DNA from: a virus
DNA: 25,434 nt
IMG/VR virus record: IMGVR_UViG_3300038425_000174
Strand: one strand, 5' to 3'
The notes beneath the pieces were generated by a model, which did no database searches, was not told the DNA's origin, and saw only the letters and a list, made by a program, of their open reading frames with translations. A program made the translations under genes and the position numbers. Position 1 is the first letter of the stretch, and each line of letters starts with the position of its first letter. Positions 15,421 to 24,223 of the stretch are shown piece after piece.

Positions 15421-16902
15421 ATGACTGAAACGTTGACCGTGGAGCGCGCCCTGGAGCGCGAGTGGCGGGCAAAGTACAAACAAGCCGACCGCGATGAAAT
15501 GGCGAAAAGCGGGAAGGCGATGTCTGACGGGTCCTATCCCATAGCCGACGAAGACGATCTCAAAAAAGCGATCAAAGCCGTCGGCCGCGGTAGCGCCAGT
15601 CACGACTCCATCCGCAAGCACATCATCTCTCGCGCGAAGGCGCTGAAACTCTCCAGCCTGATTCCCGACAACTGGAACGCGGACGGTTCACTCAAGGAAG
15701 AAAAGTCGGTCTGGTCAACCCTTGAGGAGCGGGAAACCTACAACGACCTGCGCCAGGCCGTCGAATCGGCCATCGCCGACTCCCTGCCCAAGAAGAAGAG
15801 CGAAAACGTCTACGGGCCGTACGTAGTAGACATGACGGACGACTGGGCGGTCTACGAATACGAAGGCGACCTATGGCAGGTGAACTACACGGTCGACTCC
15901 GACGGAGAGGTGACTCTTGGCGAGCCAGAGCAGGTGCGTCGGATCACCAGCTACGAGGCGAACTCCCACCGCGCCGACGAAGAGGAAGAAGAGTGCCCCA
16001 CCTGCAAAGGCACCGGGAAAATCAAGGGCGGTTCGACAAAATGTCCCGACTGCGACGGAACCGGGGAGCTAGGAGGGCCGAGCGAGAACGCAGCGCGGGA
16101 TGATCTGGAGCGCCGGGCACGCCACGCCCGCGAGCGCGAAGGCATGGTCGAGTTCCGCTCTATCCCCTCCTTCGAGCTTAGGGACACTGCCGACGGCCAC
16201 GTGCGGTTCTCCGGCTACGCCTCAACGACCGAATCCCCCTATGAGATAGCCGATTTCACCGAGACGGTCGCCAAAGGCGCGTTCAAGCGCACTCTCGGCG
16301 AAGAGCCTGACGTCCGGCTGAATATCAATCACGGCGTCGGCGGACAGCTCCCCCTGGCGAGAACCAAGTCGGGAACGCTGACCCTCAGCGAAGACGCGAG
16401 GGGCCTCAAGGTCGATGCGGATCTCGATCCCAATGATCCCGACGTACGATCCCTGCTTCCGAAGATGCGTCGGGGGGACGTCGACGAAATGTCCTTCGCC
16501 TTCAGGGCCACGGCTCAGGAGTGGAATGAGGACTACACCGAGCGACTGATCCGGGAGTGCGCACTTCACCGTGGTGACGTCTCGATCGTGACGACCGGCG
16601 CCAACCCGGACACCTCGGCGATCATCCGCTCGGCCGACGGGCAGATCGAGCTTCGGATCGGTAAAGCGATCAGCGGTGACCGGGAAGCGGTTATCAAAGA
16701 GGTCCTCGATCACATGACGGTGGCCGACGAGCACATTAGCCAAAGCATGGACAAGCTGTCAGGCGTCGTCGGAACCGTCGACACGGACATCGATGCCGAA
16801 CCGGCTGAGGATCTCGGTCGGTTGAAGATCACGGTCATTCCGCGCTCCTACGTAGAGACCGCAAAGGCGAGACGGGCGAGGCTGATGGGAGGTGGGAAGT
16901 GA
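15421..16902 (+). CDS. HK97-family prohead protease with a multidomain N-terminal extension
   Basis: FSGYAS...GAFKRTL...NH...PLART.SGTL...EMSFAF...DVSIVT.GANP.T; RBS GGAGGT. Confidence 0.93.
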   Translation: MTETLTVERALEREWRAKYKQADRDEMAKSGKAMSDGSYPIADEDDLKKAIKAVGRGSASHDSIRKHIISRAKALKLSSLIPDNWNADGSLKEEKSVWSTLEERETYNDLRQAVESAIADSLPKKKSENVYGPYVVDMTDDWAVYEYEGDLWQVNYTVDSDGEVTLGEPEQVRRITSYEANSHRADEEEEECPTCKGTGKIKGGSTKCPDCDGTGELGGPSENAARDDLERRARHAREREGMVEFRSIPSFELRDTADGHVRFSGYASTTESPYEIADFTETVAKGAFKRTLGEEPDVRLNINHGVGGQLPLARTKSGTLTLSEDARGLKVDADLDPNDPDVRSLLPKMRRGDVDEMSFAFRATAQEWNEDYTERLIRECALHRGDVSIVTTGANPDTSAIIRSADGQIELRIGKAISGDREAVIKEVLDHMTVADEHISQSMDKLSGVVGTVDTDIDAEPAEDLGRLKITVIPRSYVETAKARRARLMGGGK

Positions 16903-18080
16903 GCGATGCGCTAGAGCTTGCGACACCCGAGCCCACCCAGGAGCAGCGTGCCATCATCGAGCGCGCCGAAGCCAACGGTCATCGCGCCGTCGGCGAGCCG
17001 CTGATCTACGAGTACCGGAATCGCCGGAGCTACTGCCGTGACCTCGCCCTTCGTGAGAGTCGCAATACGGCGGCGGGGGAGCGGCTCAGGAAGCACATGC
17101 GCCAGATGCAGGCCGTCCCGAAGCGGGAGATGCGCAGCCTGGAGGGGGTCGAGTTCCGCGTCAACCCAAACCTGACGGCAGGGACGGGTGGTGAGTTCGC
17201 TCCTCCCCTCTGGCTGAACGAGCTGTTCGCTATGGCCAGGCGTCCGGGTGAGGTCATTCAAAGACTCGCGCCGACGTTCGATCTTCCCCCAGGCGTATCG
17301 TCGGTGAACCTGCCAAGGATGACGCAGGGAACCGTCGCGAGTCAGAACGTGGCCGGTACTCCGGTTGACGATCAGGACGTCGAAACGGAAGCCGTCAAAT
17401 CCCCCGCTGCGACGTTCGTGGGAATGTCCGACTGGGCACTACAGGCCCTTGAGCAGTCCCCTGCCGGCGCGCATCTGGATTGGGTGGTCTTCAAGGATCT
17501 CTTCGATTCGCTCGACGCGGAAGTCGAGTACGAACTGATAGCGGGGTCGGGCGAAAACGAACGATTCTACGGATTGATCAACGTCGCGGGGAACAACAAA
17601 ATCACCTACACGTCCGCCAATCCGACGGGTCCGGGGATGATCCCGTACCTCGGCCAGGCAGCGGCGCAGGTCGGTGTGAAACGTCGTCTGCCGCCGGAAG
17701 CGTGGCTAGCTACGACGTCCCGCTTCTTCTGGCTCGCATTCTCCGAGGATAGTGCCAACAGACCGCTATCGATTGAAGACTACCCGCACTCGAACTTCCC
17801 GAACGCCGGGCTCGGAAGTGTGGGGGTCTATTTCGACGACGCGATCACCACCACCCTCGGGGTGAGCAAGGAACAGGATGTCGTGATCGCCTGCCGACCG
17901 TCCGACTTCGTACTCCTGGTCTCGGAACCGAAACCGTCCGTGAAGCTCGACGTGCTGTCGGGCTCTCTGTCGGCGCGGTTCGAGCTGCATCGCTACGTCG
18001 CAGCGATTCTCGGACGCTATCCCTCTGGCATCTCGGTCGTAGAAGGCACGGGCATGAAGACACAGGAAGGCTTCCACTGA
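16899..18080 (+). CDS. Major capsid-like protein 1 (HK97 fold, short N-terminal scaffold)
   Basis: GGEFAPPLWL, LPPGVSSVNLPR, QALEQSP, DVLSGSL..RF; colinear with 19465..21192. Confidence 0.88.
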   Translation: MSDALELATPEPTQEQRAIIERAEANGHRAVGEPLIYEYRNRRSYCRDLALRESRNTAAGERLRKHMRQMQAVPKREMRSLEGVEFRVNPNLTAGTGGEFAPPLWLNELFAMARRPGEVIQRLAPTFDLPPGVSSVNLPRMTQGTVASQNVAGTPVDDQDVETEAVKSPAATFVGMSDWALQALEQSPAGAHLDWVVFKDLFDSLDAEVEYELIAGSGENERFYGLINVAGNNKITYTSANPTGPGMIPYLGQAAAQVGVKRRLPPEAWLATTSRFFWLAFSEDSANRPLSIEDYPHSNFPNAGLGSVGVYFDDAITTTLGVSKEQDVVIACRPSDFVLLVSEPKPSVKLDVLSGSLSARFELHRYVAAILGRYPSGISVVEGTGMKTQEGFH

Positions 18081-18376
18081 TGCCAATTATAGGAAATAAG
18101 ACCAACGAAGCGCTCGCCTCGACCAAGGTCAAAGTCAAAACGACAACCACCGCTGTTGTCGCGGCAAACCTCAACCGCAACGGCCTGGAAATCGTCAACG
18201 AGAGCGCGAACTCGATCTATCTCCAACTCGGCAAGGCCGCAGTGGCCGAAGAAGGCCTCTTCCTCGCCGCGTCCGGAGGATCATGGAACGGCATGGTCGG
18301 ACCGATGGTCTGGACGGGCTCCGTCTTCGGTCTCGCCGCGACGGCTGAATCCAATGTCACGGTGGCGGAAGTCTGA
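18080..18376 (+). CDS. Small beta-sandwich virion protein
   Basis: AANLNRNGLEIVNES..SIYLQLG......G..L pattern; located in the head module. Confidence 0.75.
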   Translation: MPIIGNKTNEALASTKVKVKTTTTAVVAANLNRNGLEIVNESANSIYLQLGKAAVAEEGLFLAASGGSWNGMVGPMVWTGSVFGLAATAESNVTVAEV

Positions 18377-18750
18377 TGGCTGTCCGTAACCCCATTCCCC
18401 TGAGCGCCGAAAGCGTCCCCGCGGCGGCAGCTAAGGTCCCGGCTCAGCCTGCGACGCCCGGGGGCGAATACGAAGTGGCCGTAGCCAACACAGGTGTCGC
18501 CCGCAAGAGCATCACGGTCGTCACCGGCAAAAACGGTGAAACGAAATACAAATTCAAACACCTACTCAACACTACCGCCGTCATCGTGCAGGCGTACAAG
18601 GTGACGACGAAAGTGATCACCGAACCCTACCTGCAGGCCGCTGGCGCGGGCAACTACACCTACAAAGTCTTGAGTGCTACGGAAGTCGAAGTGATCTTCG
18701 GCACGGAACTCAAAGCCACAGAAGAAGCAGCGATAGTCGTTATCGGCTGA
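18376..18750 (+). CDS. Virion structural protein (HNL-type fibre/decoration domain)
   Basis: FKHLLNTTAVIVQAY...VEVIF...IVVIG. Confidence 0.72.
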   Translation: MAVRNPIPLSAESVPAAAAKVPAQPATPGGEYEVAVANTGVARKSITVVTGKNGETKYKFKHLLNTTAVIVQAYKVTTKVITEPYLQAAGAGNYTYKVLSATEVEVIFGTELKATEEAAIVVIG

Positions 18751-18760
18751 GGGGGAGATC

Positions 18761-19051
18761 ATGCTTGCGATCCACGGAGTGAACGTCGCTGCGCTTCCCG
18801 AGGGACTCGGCGAAGGCAACTTCCGCGTCGAGCTGGTAACAGCCCCCGACGAGGAAGCACTGGAACACAAGATCGAGACGACCGCCGCATTGCGCCGAGC
18901 CGTGCTGGTGCTCACGAGCGCCCCGAAAAGGCGAACGGTGCCTGAGGAGTTCTACAAGCCCTATCCACCGGAGCTAGTAGAGGAGACGTACTGCTATGCG
19001 GTCTTTAGTTCATCACCAGCGATCGGAGACAGGAATGCTCTTGGCGATTGA
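18761..19051 (+). CDS. Hypothetical protein, paralog A
   Basis: RBS GGGGAG; LAI.GV.V.ALP..L.EG..RVE and ETYCYAVFSS. Confidence 0.78.
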   Translation: MLAIHGVNVAALPEGLGEGNFRVELVTAPDEEALEHKIETTAALRRAVLVLTSAPKRRTVPEEFYKPYPPELVEETYCYAVFSSSPAIGDRNALGD

Positions 19052-19307
19052 GGGAGTCCTGGTACAAGCCTTGCCGACTAGCCTCCGCGAGGGCACATAT
19101 CGCGTCGAGAGGATCGCCGTAGAGGACGGCACCGAACGCGACCTGAAACGAAAGGTCGCCAGAGAGGCCGAGCGACGTCGTAGCACAGTCGTACTCATCA
19201 GTGACACGAAGCAGGGAACAGCAGCTGCGGGACACCAGTTCACACGGACGCTACCGCAGGAGACCTACTGCTACGCCCTCTTCAGCTCTGACCCGCTCAG
19301 CCCCTGA
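19035..19307 (+). CDS. Hypothetical protein, paralog B
   Basis: ATG 19035; LAIEGVLVQALPTSLREGTYRVE and ETYCYALFSS. Confidence 0.78.
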   Translation: MLLAIEGVLVQALPTSLREGTYRVERIAVEDGTERDLKRKVAREAERRRSTVVLISDTKQGTAAAGHQFTRTLPQETYCYALFSSDPLSP

Positions 19308-19464
19308 TTACTCCCCATCGACCGGCCCCTTGCCGCTCTGATGGCCACAGAACTTACCCGCGTTGGACCCCGCCTGACTGGCGTTGAGCTTACTGCTCGC
19401 CCTGGTGTTGGCCGGTTCTCCGCTCGGGAGAAGCACAGAGACAAACTCCCGAAAGGAACGCAGT

Positions 19465-21192
19465 ATGCCAATAACAGAAACGATCACCAAGCCCACACTA
19501 CTGGAGGACCTGATCCAGCGCAGGGAAACCCTCGGGGCGGAATGGGACACGCTCATTGACGACGCCGAGAAACGCCGGTCAGAGTTCGAGGATCGCAGCA
19601 AAGCCGAGGATGTGGCCGAGCGCCCCACGGACGCGGACCGCGATGCCTACAACCTCGCTGAGGACGAGTTCCGTTCAGCCTCCGAGGATCTTGAGAGCAA
19701 GCTGAAGGTCCTCAATGAGCGCATCGCGCAGCAGGAGGAGAAAGCACAGCGCCGTGCGGTGGCTGAGAAGGAGTCTCGGGTTCATGTCACCGACGTCAAA
19801 GAGCCGCTGACCTACCGGGAAGACAACTCCCACGAAGTTAGCTACTACCGCGACCTCATCTGCACCGACACCGGCTGGAAGGGTCGCATCATGGGGGACT
19901 GGAAAGACGCCGAGGAGCGTCTGCGGCGTCACGGACGGGAGATGGAAGACCGTCTGCCCCAGCGTGAAATGGAACGCGCCCGTGCGGCCGAAGAGGGTAT
20001 CGACAGTGCGGAGCGCGAGTTCCGGTCGAGCTTCCCAGGTCTCGGTGGGACGCTCGAAGCGAGCCCGTTTGAGAAACGGGCGAACCCGTCCAGGGAAACT
20101 GGTCACGGTGGTGAATTCGTGCCGCCGTTGTGGCTGGTGGAGGATGATTTCATTCCCGCCCTCAGGGCCGGAAGGGTTATTGCCCCGCTGTGCCGCAACC
20201 TGCCGGTGCCCCCGGGTACCGACACGATCAAACTTCCGAAGATCAAAGTCGGGACCGAAGTCGCGCCGCAGTTGGCGGACAACGCTGGGGTCGCGTCGAG
20301 GGACGTCGAATCGACCTACGTCGAAGCTGCTGTAAAGACGCTGGCGGGCCAGGAGGACGTGGCGATCCAGCTGATCGAGCAGTCGCCGGGCCAGGTGTTC
20401 GACCGGGTGGTGCAGGAAGACCTCTTGGCGGACTACAACCTGAAGTTCGATCAGAATGTGTCGTTCGGGCAGGGGACAAGCTACACGCAGCTGAACGCAG
20501 GGACGATCAAGGGCCTGTTCCCGCAGGCGAACTGGGCGGCGGGTGTCCGCAACTCGACGAGCGCTACTGCCCCGGCGGTTATCCTCGGCGGGCTGGCCGC
20601 GAACTGGGCGCACATAGCGAAGGAACGCTTCAACGTCCAGAACGTCCACCACGTCATCAATCCCGCCTTCTCGGGCTTCCTGGCGGCGTCCCTGGACGGA
20701 ACGAGCGGGGAAATCGGGCGGCCGATGATAAACGCCACCGACTTCCCGAACTACAACCTCGCGGCCGAGATGGAGCCAGAAACACCCTACGAGGGGTTCT
20801 TCGCGAAGACGCCACTCGGACCGGTCATCTACCACTCGGCGAACATTCCGCCGATCCTGCCGCAGGCAAGCTCGACGGAAGCGGCAGCCAGCATTCTGTA
20901 CGCGACCGACAAAGAAGCCAAAACTCTCAAAACGTCAGGCTCGGAAGTTTACAGCTACGGGCTGACTGCCAAGTTCGACGACGTGTGGGTGTTCGAGTCC
21001 GACCTGCGGACCCGAGTGCTCCCGGAGGTCGTGTCTGGAACCCTCCAGATCCGCTTCCAGGTGTACGCCTACGTGTCGCTGCTCGTGCGTTACTCGCCGT
21101 CGGTGCAGTTCTGCGGTGGTAAAGCATGGAAAGTGGCAGCGGCCTTCACTGAAGCCCCGGTGGAACCGACCCTCGGCGGTTACGCCTTCTAG
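19465..21192 (+). CDS. Major capsid protein 2 (HK97 fold, long coiled-coil delta domain)
   Basis: RBS GAAAGGA before ATG 19465; charged helical N-terminus; GGEFVPPLWL, QLIEQSP, EVVSGTLQIRFQVYAY. Confidence 0.93.
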   Translation: MPITETITKPTLLEDLIQRRETLGAEWDTLIDDAEKRRSEFEDRSKAEDVAERPTDADRDAYNLAEDEFRSASEDLESKLKVLNERIAQQEEKAQRRAVAEKESRVHVTDVKEPLTYREDNSHEVSYYRDLICTDTGWKGRIMGDWKDAEERLRRHGREMEDRLPQREMERARAAEEGIDSAEREFRSSFPGLGGTLEASPFEKRANPSRETGHGGEFVPPLWLVEDDFIPALRAGRVIAPLCRNLPVPPGTDTIKLPKIKVGTEVAPQLADNAGVASRDVESTYVEAAVKTLAGQEDVAIQLIEQSPGQVFDRVVQEDLLADYNLKFDQNVSFGQGTSYTQLNAGTIKGLFPQANWAAGVRNSTSATAPAVILGGLAANWAHIAKERFNVQNVHHVINPAFSGFLAASLDGTSGEIGRPMINATDFPNYNLAAEMEPETPYEGFFAKTPLGPVIYHSANIPPILPQASSTEAAASILYATDKEAKTLKTSGSEVYSYGLTAKFDDVWVFESDLRTRVLPEVVSGTLQIRFQVYAYVSLLVRYSPSVQFCGGKAWKVAAAFTEAPVEPTLGGYAF

Positions 21193-21199
21193 TCGAAAC

Positions 21200-21237
21200 G
21201 GGGGCGGGCTCGTTGACTTGAGCCAGAGCCCGCCCCC
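21200..21237 (+). terminator. GC-rich hairpin after the capsid gene (terminator or mRNA stabiliser)
   Basis: Perfect 12-bp stem GGGGGCGGGCTC/GAGCCCGCCCCC starting 8 nt after the stop; no U-tract. Confidence 0.65.
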
Positions 21238-21301
21238 ACATGCTTACGTCAATGTGCAACCGGCGCACCCGCAATGCAACCTGCGTAAGCAAGCGAAATG
21301 A
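21233..21301 (+). pseudogene. C-terminal remnant of an HNH endonuclease
   Basis: PHAYVNVQPAHPQCNLRKQAK-stop matches the HNH ending H..xN.Q.AH..CN..K; no start or N-terminal part. Confidence 0.7.
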
Positions 21302-21433
21302 AAGCGAAATCAACGACGCATCGCCGAGTGCGCCTCCGTCCCCTGGGGCCTGGCGCGAAGCCATGCTAGGGCGACCCTCACACGCAAGGGTCTGACATCG
21401 GCCTTCGGGTCGCCTCAACCATAGGAGTAATCA

Positions 21434-22051
21434 ATGACTGATCTCGTATCGGGGCGCTACGGCGCCTATGAGCCGCTCTGGCGGCTGCTCGGAATGCCGA
21501 CCAACGCAACGCAGTCCGACGTGCCGGTTCGCACCAACGCCACGGTTCTCGGGCTCTCGACGCTGGTGGACATGACGACCACCAACACGAAAAAAGGGCC
21601 GATGGTCGCTGTGCCGGTCCAGGAAGGCGACGTGTTCACGAAAGTCGCCTGTCTGATCGGAGCCAAAGAAGGTGCTGCGGGGCAGGCGTTCTTCGCCGTC
21701 TACTCGGCCCCGGCGGCGAAAACGGAAGGCACCCTGCTCGGGCAGACGACCTTCTCGGAAGCCGCACAGGTGAAATCCACAATCTTCACCGGGACATTGG
21801 AATCGGCCATCCTCATCACCTCGGCGAACGCCCCGCACGGTTATGTCTACGCGGGGCTCGTGGTGGAAACTGCGACTGTTCCCTCGGAGGTCGGTGTGGA
21901 AGTCCCGACCGTCTGGTCGAAAACCCCGTGGTTCACCGGTTGCCCTGAAGCGCTGTCGGTCGAAGCTACCCAGAAAGCGGCGAAAGTGGCGTCGGCAACG
22001 CTCGCCACCGAAACGGCGATCGCCAAAGTGCCGTTCATCTTCCTCTACTGA
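21434..22051 (+). CDS. Putative capsid decoration protein, paralog 1
   Basis: RBS AGGAG; beta-rich; VPVQEGDVFT and ITSANAPHGYVY. Confidence 0.8.
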   Translation: MTDLVSGRYGAYEPLWRLLGMPTNATQSDVPVRTNATVLGLSTLVDMTTTNTKKGPMVAVPVQEGDVFTKVACLIGAKEGAAGQAFFAVYSAPAAKTEGTLLGQTTFSEAAQVKSTIFTGTLESAILITSANAPHGYVYAGLVVETATVPSEVGVEVPTVWSKTPWFTGCPEALSVEATQKAAKVASATLATETAIAKVPFIFLY

Positions 22052-22061
22052 AAGGGCTGAC

Positions 22062-22676
22062 ATGACCGATCTAGTCAGTGGGCGCTACGGCGCCTACGAT
22101 CCCATGTGGCTCATCTTCGGGAGGCCGGTGAACGCCACCCAGTCGGACGTACCAGCGCGGAGCAACGTGTGGACCCAGAAGTTGACCAAGCTCGAAGACG
22201 GGGCACTCGCCGCCACCGAAGTCGGGTGTGTAGTCCCAGTCCCGGTCCAGGAAGGCGACGTGTTCACAAGCGCCACCTACCTCATCGGAGCGACCGCCGG
22301 CAACACCGTCTCGGCAGGCTTCGCAGCGCTCTACGCTGGGAAAGCCGGCGGGAAACTGCTGGCTCAGTCGAAAACGAAGAACTACGGCGCAATCACAGCA
22401 AGCGAAGCGTACAAGTTCGAACTGGAAAAATCGGTGCTCATCACGTCGGAAAATGCACCGAAAGGGTTTGTGTACGTAGTCCTCGTCCTTGTTAGCGCCG
22501 TGACCATCCCGACGGCGCTCTCCTCACCGGTCCCGAAAGCCTGCCAGTACGAATGGTTCACGGGAGGACCGGAAGTCCTCGCGGGCACCGTAGGAACGGG
22601 CCTGGGTGCTACGGCGGAAGCGACCCTCGGCACCGTCACGTCGAAGGTGAGTGGGCCGCTGGTGTTCTTGCAGTGA
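22062..22676 (+). CDS. Putative capsid decoration protein, paralog 2
   Basis: Same N-terminus MTDLVSGRYGAY; VPVQEGDVFT and ITSENAPKGFVY. Confidence 0.8.
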   Translation: MTDLVSGRYGAYDPMWLIFGRPVNATQSDVPARSNVWTQKLTKLEDGALAATEVGCVVPVPVQEGDVFTSATYLIGATAGNTVSAGFAALYAGKAGGKLLAQSKTKNYGAITASEAYKFELEKSVLITSENAPKGFVYVVLVLVSAVTIPTALSSPVPKACQYEWFTGGPEVLAGTVGTGLGATAEATLGTVTSKVSGPLVFLQ

Positions 22677-22939
22677 GCCAGATCTACGCCCCCACCCGGA
22701 AAGGTAAGTCCGCCATGTTCCGCGAGGCCCTAGCAAACGCCAGGGCACGAGGTGACGTGGGAATGGTGCGGGCGATGAAGGTGGAGCTTGCCATGCTCGG
22801 TGAGACGACCGAGCCCGAGCCGTTGGAGACGGCGGTCCCGGTGAAACCACGCCGGGGCCGTCGCCCGCTCCCGCGCTGTGAGCACGGGATGATTCTCATG
22901 AGATGCCCCGACTGTTCTCCGGAGGAGGTGGTGGCGTAA
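22673..22939 (+). CDS. Hypothetical protein with a C-terminal CxH...CxxC
   Basis: GTGA-coupled start; ETAVPVKPRRGRR followed by CEHG..LMRCPDC. Confidence 0.7.
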   Translation: MSQIYAPTRKGKSAMFREALANARARGDVGMVRAMKVELAMLGETTEPEPLETAVPVKPRRGRRPLPRCEHGMILMRCPDCSPEEVVA

Positions 22940-23115
22940 TGGGTGACTGCGTGCTGTGGGACGGGCCTTGCAATCGTGAAGGATATGGCAAATCTGGAGA
23001 CGAGCTTGGGCATCCACTTGATCACATAACGCGGGGGAAGCGCCACCATCGGCGGTGTCGGCGGTGTGCGGCGACCGCAAGCGCTAGATACCGTCAACGA
23101 AAGAGGGTGGCCTGA
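22939..23115 (+). pseudogene. Internally deleted HNH homing endonuclease
   Basis: N-terminal DCVLWDG..N..GYG joined directly to C-terminal GHPL...RRCRRC..RYR; catalytic core absent. Confidence 0.7.
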
Positions 23116-23369
23116 TGGCTGCGTCTGCGAAGTCCAAAGTGCTGCTGGCAACCGTCAGTACCCTGAAGACGAAGGCATCAACGTCCCCGGAAGCGGCGAC
23201 GGGCGCGCAGGTCGTGCATCTCGTCGTGGAAGACGCCGCGAGCGGCGAGGAGACCCGTGCGGAAGCACTCGTGATCGAGCGGGAACTGGAGGCACCGCCG
23301 ACCGCGGAAGACCAGGCACGGCGTGACCTGCTGATGCAGCGGCTCGCCGGCTTCGCCGCGAGGGCCTGA
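23115..23369 (+). CDS. Hypothetical protein (84 aa)
   Basis: TGATG coupling; codon usage like its neighbours. Confidence 0.68.
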   Translation: MAASAKSKVLLATVSTLKTKASTSPEAATGAQVVHLVVEDAASGEETRAEALVIERELEAPPTAEDQARRDLLMQRLAGFAARA

Positions 23370-23429
23370 TGGGCGGCTTGCTAACGCTCGCATGGGCTCA
23401 CTCTAACACCGTCAAGACAGGAGCAGTAT

Positions 23430-24221
23430 ATGGCGATTCTGAAAAATGAACGCATCTTCGACCTCGCCTACGGCGCGAAGTACGAAATGTTCGAGATCGC
23501 AAACATCATGGGCATCACCGTTCCCGAAGTAGAGGCAGTGCTCGCCAACCTCTCCAACGGCCCGTCCTCGCAGGTGTCCCCGGGTGCCGGCGTGGAAAGC
23601 TCACCCGGCGGGGTTTCGGCGCAGCTGCTTGGCGGCTACAAGCAGGTGGGGAACGCCTCCCGCTACGGTCGATCGAACGCGGACTATCTCGGCTGGGGTC
23701 CGACCATCAAGCAATTGACTGCCGTCGCGACCGAATACGGCGTCTCGGCGCCAGTGCCCGTGCGTACCGGTGACGTCATCACCAAAGTGGGCGTGTTCGC
23801 TATCTCAGCGAGCAAAACGGCGAACATCACCCACCAGCAGGCGGCACTATACGAAGGCAAAGGTGCGGAACCTGCGCTGCTTGCAGAATCCACCGATGCC
23901 CTCAAAACGGAAATTGCGGCCAACTCGGTGTACTTCTGGACGCTGAAAACGCCTCTGACCATCACCGAAGCCAATGCGCCCAACGGGTTCATCTACGCCA
24001 ACTACGTGCTGGTCTCAACGGAACTCCCCGAACTGCTGGGGCAGGTGGTCAAAAAAGACGTCTCTAACTCGGTATCTGGCCTCACGATCGCGGGTCACGA
24101 ACCGCCGCTGTTCCTCGGTGCCTCAAACAAACCGGCCGCAACCCAAGGTGAAAAAGCTGAAAACCCGCTGAAAACGACACTTGCGGTGCTGGAAAAACTA
24201 CCGTACTTCCTCCTGGTGTAG
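23430..24221 (+). CDS. Putative capsid decoration protein, paralog 3, with an N-terminal helical extension
   Basis: RBS AGGAG; PVPVRTGDVIT and ITEANAPNGFIY. Confidence 0.8.
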   Translation: MAILKNERIFDLAYGAKYEMFEIANIMGITVPEVEAVLANLSNGPSSQVSPGAGVESSPGGVSAQLLGGYKQVGNASRYGRSNADYLGWGPTIKQLTAVATEYGVSAPVPVRTGDVITKVGVFAISASKTANITHQQAALYEGKGAEPALLAESTDALKTEIAANSVYFWTLKTPLTITEANAPNGFIYANYVLVSTELPELLGQVVKKDVSNSVSGLTIAGHEPPLFLGASNKPAATQGEKAENPLKTTLAVLEKLPYFLLV

Positions 24222-24223
24222 CG

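Noticed and set aside
19675-20835. Long antisense ORFs (386 aa here; also 13964-14806 and 24503-25351)
   Set aside because: Shadow frames of high-GC coding genes on the plus strand
21193-21245. A fourth hammerhead (GAAAC followed by a hairpin)
   Set aside because: No GUH after the stem and no stem I or CUGANGA core; better explained as a plain hairpin
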